A program made the position numbers and the translations under genes. DNA of 64,000 nucleotides from the NCBI GenBank assembly GCA_000004985.1, contig GG738846.1. One strand, 5' to 3'. The notes beneath the pieces are model-generated. The model searched no databases, was not told the origin of the DNA, and saw only the letters and a list, made by a program, of their open reading frames with translations. Every line of letters begins with the position of its first letter. Within the stretch, counting starts at the first letter, position 1. Source of the stretch: Naegleria gruberi. Lineage: Eukaryota. Below are positions 55,504 to 64,000 of the stretch, piece by piece.

Positions 55504-57225
55504 TCAACAGATATCAAGTGATGTCAATTGTTTCATTTCAATTATTGATTTGGCTCCTTCATCACCGATTTGATTTCCACTAATATCAAGTGATGTTAAT
55601 TGTTTCATTTCACTTATGAATTTGGCTCCTTCATCACCAATTCGATTGATATAAATACTAAGTGATGTCAATTGTTTCATTTCACAAATTGATTTGGCTC
55701 CTTCATCACCAATTAGATTGTTATAAACACTAAGTGATGTTAATTGTTTCATTTCACTTATGAATTTAGCTCCTTCATCACCAATTTCATTTTCACCAAT
55801 ATTAAGTGATGTCAATTGTTTCATTTCACTTATTGATTTGGCTCCTTCATCACCAATTAGATTGCTATAAACACTAAGTGATGTTAATTGTTTCATTCCA
55901 CTTATGAATTTAGCTCCTTCATTACCAATTTCATTTTGACCAATATTAAGTGATGTCAATTGTTTCATTTCACTTATTGATTTGGCTCCTTCATCACCAA
56001 TTTCATTTTCACCAATATTAAGTGATGTTAACTGTTTCATTTCACTTATTGATTTGGCTCCTTCATCACCAATTTGATTGAAATAAATATCAAGTGATGT
56101 CAATTGTTTCATTTCACTTATTGATTTGGCTCCTTCATCACCAATTAGATTGTTATAAACACTAAGTGATGTTAATTGTTTCATTCCACTTATGAATTTA
56201 GCTCCTTCATCACCAATTTCATTTTGACCAATATTAAGTGATGTCAATTGTTTCATTTCACTTATTGATTTGGCTCCTTCATCACCAATTTCATTTTCAC
56301 CAATATTAAGTGATGTTAACTGTTTCATTTCACTTATTGATTTGGCTCCTTCATCACCAATTTGATTGAAATAAATATCAAGTGATGTCAATTGTTTCAT
56401 TTCAATTATTGATTTGGCTCCTTCATCACCAATTTGATTTTCACCAATATCAAGTGATGTCAATTGTTTCATTTCAATTATTGATTTGGCTCCTTCATCA
56501 CCAATTTGATTGCAAAAAACACTAAGTGATGTTAATTGATTCATTCCACTTATGAATTTAGCTCCTTCATCACCAATTCGATTGTTATAAATACTAAGTG
56601 ATGTTAACTGTTTCATTTCAATTATTGATTTGGCTCCTTCTACACCAATTAGATTTTCACCAATATCAAGTGATGTTAATTGATTCATTCCACTTATGAA
56701 TTTGGCTCCTTCATCACCAATTCGATTGTTATAAACACTAAGTGATTTTAATTGTTTCATTCCACTTATGAATTTAGCTCCTTCATCACCAATTTGATTT
56801 TCACCAATATCAAGTGATGTTAATTGATTCATTTCACTTATTGATTTGGCTTGTTCAAGAGAGTCAAGCAACCTTCTCGAAAATTTAACATTGACAATAC
56901 TATTCATAAATTGACTTTTCATGAATAATTTAATTCGTTTCTCTGTAAATTTTTTGTTAAATTCAATAACGAGTTTTGAACGTTCCTTGATCACATGAAA
57001 GAATTGTTTTGAAATCAAAGAACAATTATTCAAAATAAACCACGAATCATCAATCATGGAAATTATTTCAAAACAAACATCATCCGAAAATATTTCTTGG
57101 AGCACAAGTTTTTTCTTTTTTGTTTTCTCTTCCATGTTATTTTTGATCCGAAATTGCTTTTCAAAATCTTGAATGCTTCGTTTACTCATTTTTTTGTGTT
57201 TGCGAAAATGCCTCAACATTACCAC
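55504..57225 (-). CDS. F-box-like / leucine-rich repeat protein with ~21 RNI-type (LRR_6-like) 24-aa repeats.
   Basis: 573 aa. The N-terminus has LVLQEIFSDDVCFEIISMIDDSWFILNNCSLISKQFFHVI. The repeats alternate LTSLDIGENQIGDEGAKSIIEMKQ and LTSLSVYNNLIGDEGAKFISGMKQ as a 48-aa super-unit. Confidence 0.7.
   Translation of the reverse strand: MVMLRHFRKHKKMSKRSIQDFEKQFRIKNNMEEKTKKKKLVLQEIFSDDVCFEIISMIDDSWFILNNCSLISKQFFHVIKERSKLVIEFNKKFTEKRIKLFMKSQFMNSIVNVKFSRRLLDSLEQAKSISEMNQLTSLDIGENQIGDEGAKFISGMKQLKSLSVYNNRIGDEGAKFISGMNQLTSLDIGENLIGVEGAKSIIEMKQLTSLSIYNNRIGDEGAKFISGMNQLTSLSVFCNQIGDEGAKSIIEMKQLTSLDIGENQIGDEGAKSIIEMKQLTSLDIYFNQIGDEGAKSISEMKQLTSLNIGENEIGDEGAKSISEMKQLTSLNIGQNEIGDEGAKFISGMKQLTSLSVYNNLIGDEGAKSISEMKQLTSLDIYFNQIGDEGAKSISEMKQLTSLNIGENEIGDEGAKSISEMKQLTSLNIGQNEIGNEGAKFISGMKQLTSLSVYSNLIGDEGAKSISEMKQLTSLNIGENEIGDEGAKFISEMKQLTSLSVYNNLIGDEGAKSICEMKQLTSLSIYINRIGDEGAKFISEMKQLTSLDISGNQIGDEGAKSIIEMKQLTSLDIC
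55510..56870 (-). repeat. Near-identical 72-bp (144-bp super-unit) coding tandem repeats within the LRR gene.
   Basis: TCAAGTGATGTCAATTGTTTCATTTCA[CA]TTATTGATTTGGCTCCTTCATCACCAATT... repeats about 19 times with only a few substitutions per unit. Confidence 0.85.
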
Positions 57226-57399
57226 CCTCCGGATACGGAAGGGAGTACTCTGCTCGCTAACAGAATCTTTGTGTTGGAGAGAGCATTAGAAACCTCCCAA
57301 AAGGAAAACACATGTCTCCGGGAATCTATTCAAAATTTTGTAAATATCTAAAATGACTCTGACTATAAGCAATATTTTAATATTTTTAATGAATGTGTT

Positions 57400-58076
57400 G
57401 TTGATAGGAAATTTGTATTAGAATGTTTCCCATCTCCAGCAATCTTTACTCCAAAACCTCTTGCTTTATGTCATTCTACTAGTTCCAAAAATATTCATTA
57501 CAGACTATTGGAAAAAATTATTGAATATTATATTATTGAAAAGGGAATTAATGTTGAAGGATTATATACCAACTATTCCCATAAACAATATATTACTAGA
57601 ATATCATTTGATAATGAGAAAACGTGCTCTGAACTTGCTTCAGCTCTTGATTTACAACACTATAAAACAGTAGAGCAAATCAGAAGTGAAACAAAAGAGA
57701 CAACATCTCAATGTACATTCCCTATTCAATTTACTGATAACGAGATTACAAACGGAATTGCTCGTGTTTACTCTAGAATGGATATTCAACTTGTATTGAA
57801 CAATTTAAAAATATCAGATGCAACTAATCACTCTGGTACTTCAAAATATAAATTAGTTAAATTATCACACACAGATAAGGATGAAATGGATGAATTCTGT
57901 AAGAAAAATATTTCTCTTATTGATAAGCACAAAAACCATTTCAATTTCTATTTCAAACCTTCTATTGAGATTTTAGATCTTAAAATAGAACAGAAAAATA
58001 GATTATTTCCTTATTTACCTACTATTAATTCTACTAATAATATTGCAACAACTTAATCAGTTGCTAAAACAACAAA

Positions 58077-58119
<43 letters not shown>

Positions 58120-61100
58120 ATTAATAATAATAATATTAATAATAATAATAATAATGAAAATAATCTGTTAATATTACTCACCAAAGCTTTTTTTGGCCTT
58201 GTTGTAGGATTGGCAAATAATAATGTAATTCCATTAGATAATAACTTAATGGAAATTGTCAATATTACTAATAATATAAATAATGTAAATAATACTAACT
58301 CTGTAATGATAGATGATGATTTGATTTCAACATCATCTAATGAATCTACTCAACCTTGAGTGGAACTACCACTAGTTTAAGACTTGCATGCTACAATGTT
58401 AACGGTCTATACAAGCATGCAGTCCATAAATCTGTAACTCAAGAATTGAAATCTATGTGTTTAACACATGGAGTTCATATGATGAGTATTACAGAAACAC
58501 ACGTTAACACTACTGAATTAGAAATTAAAGTTAGAAATTCTGGTTCAGGTTATTTATTAATTAACTCCCTTATGGGTCGATCTAAAGGCTGTAGTTATGC
58601 ACTTTTTAAATAATCATAGAAAGCGTAACATTACCAATAATAATTTAGTACCTGGAATCTTACAATGGACAAGATTTGAAAGCAGGGGAATTCCAATTAA
58701 TTTATTTACTATTTATTTAAGTGGCAGATCAGATGATTATGAAAATGATCAAGAAGCCATTAACAGTTTTATCAATGCTGTTTTAACATGTAAAGATGAA
58801 CATATTATTTTAAGTGGGGATCTTAATATTGATACTCAAAACCCCACTACTACAAGAGAAAAGGATTGGATTTGGATTCTTGAAATGTTAAAATTGACAG
58901 AATTCAAAACACCAAATTATACATGGATTAGACGAAGTCAGGGAACTTTAAATAGATCTAGACCTGACCATATCTTTGTCTCAAAGAATATTAGAGTGGT
59001 AAAGGAAGTAATTATGACACCTTTGACCACTAATGATCATGTCCCTTTTTATTTAGATTTAGAATCTAATCTTACTTGGAGAACTTACTTTAGTAAGAAT
59101 AAGAGGAAAAGAATGTACGAAGCAATTAATAAGTGTAAAATTGACAATTTTCAAGAGCTGAATCAAGCAATTGAGGCTCAAATAATTAAATATGGATCCA
59201 AAGTAGATAGATTAGGAGTTGGAAGAATTTCTACAGCATTTAAAGAAGAAATTCAAGATTTAGAGGATGAAATATTATCTAAAATTAATAACCCTAATAT
59301 TCCTCAATCAGAAATACAAGAACTACAAACACTCCTAAAAGAAACACATATTAATAATGCAAAAGAAATTAAGGAAAAACTTATAACTCTTCATCGAGAA
59401 TGTATCAATTTGATAAAATGATACACTCTAACCAAATTATGTGGAAAGACCTTAACTTTGAAGAAGAAGAAATAGTGGATTACTTTACAAACAAATTTAC
59501 CTCCACTAATCAACAACCAACATTCACACCAAGTAATTCAACTATCAAAGAAGGTCCAGATTGGAGCAATTCGATTCATATTAAAGAGCTACAAGATGCT
59601 CTCAAACGAATGAAATCAAACACTTCTGGGCCTGATCTAATCTCACTCGATTTAATTAAACATCTTACAGAAGCCAATCAAGGAATCCTCTTAGAAGAAT
59701 ATAATAGATGTTTAAGAGATGGTGATATTCCACAAAATTGGAAACAAGGATGGGTAAAACTCATTCCTAAAAGAGAAATTAATACCTTAAGTGATATTCG
59801 CCCAATTACTATTTTACCAATATTTTACAGAATATTATTTAATATTATAGCATTTAGATTGAGATCTTGGGCATCAACTCATATTAATGTTAGACAACAA
59901 GCATTTATTACAGACAGAAATACTTTGAATCATGGTGTATTACTCTCTGCCTTAGCAATGAAAACAAGGAAAAGGACTTTTATTTTAGTGAATTTAGATA
60001 TAGAAGGGGCGTATGATGCAGTCGAATTACCTGTCATCAAAATGGCCCTAGACCACTGTAAATACCCTTCAGAACTTACTCAATTCATTTTAAATGCTTA
60101 TGCTAACCATGAACTTCAATTAGAAATTGATAATCATCTCTCTGATAAATTTAAGAAAACAAGAGGAATACCACAAGGCTGTCCACTGGCCCCTCTTATA
60201 TACGATTGTATTACCCAATTAATAATTGACAAAGCAATTGATAAGTGGAAGATACCAATCAAACCAGGCAAACTATGTGCAAATGATATTGCACTCTGCT
60301 GTTTTGCTGATGATATGAATGTTGTATGTGACAGATATTCCAAGTATAATGACTAGACAATATTCATGATTGGTTACATCAATTATTATTTAAATTGAAT
60401 GCTAAGAAATCAGTAGCAACTCTATTACCTAAAAAGAGCACAGTCTCACCTAAAATCAAAGGTACTCCAGTACCTAAACAGAAAAACCTTAGAGTACTTG
60501 GCCATTACCCTTGGGATGATACTTTGGTAATACAAGACATCCAATCCAAGATAGACAAATTCTCAAAATCATTAAGATTTTTACCATTATTCAAATTACA
60601 GCCAACAAACCTTAAAATAATTATGCATGCTAAAGCAATCAGCCTATTCACTCACCTCTCAAAAATCAATATAATCCCTTTAAAGAAAGCTCAGGAAATA
60701 GATCGTGCAATTAGAGGTGCAATCAGACGTAAATTATTAATGGACAGAGCAACTCCAACAAGTTTCTTTCACCTGCCATTAGAAGAAGGTGGATTAGGAT
60801 TACCATCAATTGAGGAATTCTCTGAAAGAATGAATTTAAGAACTATGAATTTAATCGCCAATAATAAGAATAAGTTAATAAGAAAAGCTTTCAAATATGG
60901 TATCAAACATTGTGAGGAAACTAAAGATAATATTTATGCTAAATGGTTATCTGTACTTAAAGAATATAATCTCACATTTGTGCAGAATGATACGAAATTT
61001 AGAATAGCCAAAATCAAAACAGGGAATAGTTTCGATATCCATACAGATGGATCTAGAATTAATCAAAAGACAGGAATGGGTATTAATATTTATGATACCT

Positions 61101-62100
61101 CAAATAGATCAGTTCCTTGTAAAACTTTATCCCTCAGAATCAATAATCATTATTCAAATAATATAGCCGAAATATGCTCCATAATAACTTCTATTAATGT
61201 AATCCCACGAAACTCTAAAGTTACCATTCATACAGATAGTGAAGTTGCAATAGAAGTTCTCAAAGATAGATACAAAGGAGATTTTCTAACATTAAAAGAA
61301 GCCTTCTTTAGAACAACCAAAAATAGAAAAATAGAATATGAAATTAAGAAAGTTGAAGCACACAAAGATAGCGAGAATATCAAGGTTGATTTAATAGCAA
61401 AGAATGCTACAACCAGAGAGGATATTTTTGATATTCGTAATTTACTCAAGAATCAACACCTCCTTGTTAAGGATGGTGTTGTCGTCTTCAATCATAAGAA
61501 GATGACCATAACAAGACATTTAAGTGTAAGACATAATAAGATGAATGAAAACCCTAACTTTATTCTAAACCAAAGTTGGGATTCTCTTAATGTGCAATAC
61601 CTTAAAACTCGTCTTACTCCTAAAACTAAATACTTTATATGGAGAAATTCCATCAATGCCCATATCAATTTTGGTAAGGGTAAAAGTTTCTGTTACGATT
61701 GTGGTACAGAATCTGATTTATTCCATTACATTCATGAGTGCCCTGGCTTGGATAGTGCCAGGTATTTTTGTAAATCAAAGATATCTGATATTCTTGAAGG
61801 GAGAGAGTGCTTACTTTCTCATTTTCAATTCAAACCAGAAAAGCACCACCATGCATTACATTTCCATCATAACGGAATCACCTCTTTGGAAGATGGATAC
61901 ATGCAATTCCATAAAGATACATAAAGACATCGCTAAGAAGTGGCCAGAGATCCAAGGTGCCATTTCTAACTTTGTCGGCCGTTCCTATTCTAATTATTAT
62001 ATTGACTCCAAATAATTTATATAACCTATGAGAATCTGAATAGATTCGTTATTGTCGTAATAAAAGATTTTTTTGTGTTGGCAAAGACATCTGTCACCAC
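57400..62100 (+). mobile_element. Decayed L1-like non-LTR retrotransposon (LINE): a possible ORF1, then an ORF2 with APE endonuclease, reverse transcriptase, RNase H and a C-terminal Cys/His motif, broken by frameshifts.
   Basis: The endonuclease at 58356-59421 has CYNVNGL...SGDLNID...SRPDHIFVS. The RT at 59400-60356 has ...LDIEGAYDAV...CFADDMNVV. ORF 60395-61924 carries the thumb, then RNase H (IHTDGSRI...EAHKD) and the motif CYDCGTESDLFHYIHECPG. ORF2 is split across four frames, so the copy is inactive. A candidate ORF1 lies at 57508-58056. The element ends are not defined; no target-site duplication or poly-A was found. Confidence 0.7.
58075..58156. repeat. (AAT)n microsatellite of about 27 units, slightly interrupted.
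   Basis: aataataataat... runs between the candidate ORF1 and the endonuclease region of the LINE. Confidence 0.9.
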
Positions 62101-62151
62101 TGTTTTACTAAAATTATTTTTATTGAAAATCCATGGTTTATTTTGAATTAT

Positions 62152-64000
62152 TTACAATTGCTCTAGTTTTTCTCTTTCTTGTAATTTCTTTAGCTTTTCT
62201 AATAGATTAATGGTTGGTAAATCTGCCTTTCCATTTTGAATTGTTCTATCCAAGAATTCATTCAACAATCCACATGCTTCTTCATATTTCTTGTCAAAGA
62301 ATAAATTACAAGCAGCTCCATAGGATTGCCAAAGATTTCTCTTCTTCTTTTCCTCCAATTCATACATCCATTCTAATATTTGATTAATTTCGAGTGAATT
62401 TTAAAATATACTTACCATCTTCTTTAACTTCCATAAAATCTCCAAATTCATAAACATTCACTTCAGTAATTTGCTTTGAGGACAAAGGAGTATAACTTTC
62501 TGGAATGTTGTTACCATACTCTGGTGACTTTAAGAATGCCCAATTCTTGTTAAGCGACTTGTCTAGCTCAGGAATTCCATATTGTTGTTCCGTTAAGAAA
62601 TTAAGTGTATCGATAAATCTGTGTTGATAGAAATTATGAGTTTTTGCCTTAATTTCTTCAGAGACTACAATTTCAATGTTCAAATTAACAGCAAGATCCA
62701 ACATGGAAAGTATATTTCTTTGGAAGCTACCAACAATTGTAAAATTCTTAAAATCATTAGTACCCAAGTTACCACAACAAACAGCTTGGGAGAGAACTGC
62801 AACTCTAAAAGTTTGTGCCTTATCGGTCGCTTCTGGATTAATGGCCTTCTTTAATGGTAATAAACCATTAAGCTTTCTAACAATAGCATAAGCAAATGTT
62901 ATAGATTTCTTTTCTGGGGCTGCTGTGTCAATATTAGAATTGAATGAAATAGTGATAGTCTCATTATCAAAATTACCAACAGAACCTCCATGTATCTTAC
63001 TCATATCATATACATATTTGAAAATTTCACTTAAAACAGTTACAGTTTCAGAGTAAGAATTGTTGGCAATACATGCGCTCATTCCTTCAATATGTAAACA
63101 AGCAAAACCAACTTTTCTTTTATCCAAATGAAGGGCAAATCTTGCTAAAATATCAATTGGTTGTTGAGTTTGAGATTGTTTTTTCGTAGTACTTCCAATG
63201 CTTGAAAAACTGCTAGAAGCGTCTTCCTTAACTAGTTTTGCAATAGAGTAAGCACTTTTAGATTGAGGTTGGGAATCTTTTGATCTTCTACTTTTATCAA
63301 CTTCTTCACCTCCATCAATCTTTGAAATCAAGTGACTTGGAATAAAGCTATTTCAAAAATTGTTTAGTCATGTTGACACTTAGTGATAACTTACCATCTA
63401 TAAAGCTTAATCCTGTCAACCATCCCCTTAAAGTGTCCTTGAAGAATGACAACTTCTCTGAACAATGAATTTCTAAATTCTAATCCTTCCAATTTCATTT
63501 CAGAAACTTCACTAAAATTGAAAATCAACTCATAGAATGGTTGAATAATTTTAAATGAAATATAAACACCGAAGATTATACTAATAATGATAATCAAAAG
63601 ACTTATACCAAGAGCAATTCCTACAGCCATGAAAATTGTTGTTAAATAGTTTGATGTTGGTTCAGCAAAGACAAGCAGCCAATCCACATTTTCTTCGGTA
63701 CATAGCCGATACATTGAGAGGTAGTAACCCTCAACTTCTAACATAATCATTTTGTTTCTTTCAATTACTTGCAAGTCTGGATATAAAGAGTATAAACTCT
63801 TTCCAATAAGATTAGTTCCCTTATCACGGACTGTGATTGCTGTAAGTCTGGTTTCTTGTTGTTGTTCATCCCAAACAGCTACAGAAACTTCTGGATCATA
63901 ATCTATATAGAGAGTAAGTAGATCAAATGCCTCAATAAATACTTACTAGATATCAAGTAATTAGTGCTCACTTCAATAGTAAAGGCAATAGCTCCATCAA
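62152..64000 (-). CDS. Receptor-type cyclase-like protein (sensor region, TM helix, HAMP-like linker, degenerate class III cyclase homology domain, short C-terminal tail). At least 4 exons; the 5' end lies beyond the window.
   Basis: Exons are 63947-64000 (partial), 63395-63902, 62416-63347 and 62152-62372. Introns are 63903-63946, 63348-63394 and 62373-62415, all GTAAGT..AG, 43-47 nt, with consistent phases. The TM helix is TIFMAVGIALGISLLIIIISIIFGVYISF. The degenerate cyclase domain FACLHIEGMS...KIHGGSVGNFDNETITISF...FRVAVLSQAVCCGNLGTNDFKNFTIVGSFQRNILSMLDLAVNLNIEIVVSEE mirrors F.DI.GFT...GD.Y....G...RIG...G.V..GV.G...Y...G..VN.ASRME but lacks the metal-binding Asp residues. Confidence 0.55.

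Noticed and set aside
55510-56870. Regular 72-bp direct repeats that could superficially suggest a CRISPR array.
   Set aside because: The repeats are contiguous with no unique spacers, lie in frame within a single eukaryotic F-box/LRR CDS, and the sequence context is clearly eukaryotic (introns, tRNA introns, 5S, LINE).
57400-62100. Whether the LINE is a tRNA-gene-targeted (TRE-like) element.
   Set aside because: No tRNA gene lies within ~1 kb of either end. The nearest tRNA is more than 35 kb away.

Overview
This is AT-rich (roughly two-thirds A+T) nuclear DNA from a unicellular eukaryote. It is gene-dense and intron-poor. I could not pin the taxon down; the architecture is amoebozoan or protist-like, and it is clearly not prokaryotic.

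The window holds about 28 protein-coding genes. Most are single-exon. A few have short canonical GTAAGT/GTATGT/GTAGGT...AG introns of 37-52 nt. Many proteins carry N/S/Q-rich low-complexity inserts.

RNA polymerase III genes are dispersed through the window: three tRNAs (one with a 17-nt intron) and two divergent 5S rRNA copies on opposite strands.

Conserved housekeeping genes I recognise: splicing factor SYF1/XAB2 (5'-truncated at the window edge), exocyst Sec3 (4 exons), an RNB-domain exoribonuclease, RBBP6/Mpe1, PRP4 kinase, a BSD-domain protein, a CDK1-like kinase, a BRCA2 homolog and an aldo-keto reductase.

The accessory or unusual content is as follows:
- A family of four small AT-hook proteins. 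Two of them sit in a ~0.85 kb inverted segmental duplication that brackets ~13 kb.
- A BRCA2 homolog whose N-terminal half is an array of ~21 mini FxxA (BRC-like) motifs.
- A large multi-TM/PAS adenylyl or guanylyl cyclase, plus a second degenerate cyclase-like receptor that runs off the window end.
- A UBC(E2)-F-box fusion protein.
- An exonuclease-ATPase fusion.
- An F-box/LRR gene built from near-identical 72-bp tandem repeats, with an orphan repeat unit nearby.
- A decayed L1-like non-LTR retrotransposon.

No CRISPR arrays or operons are present.
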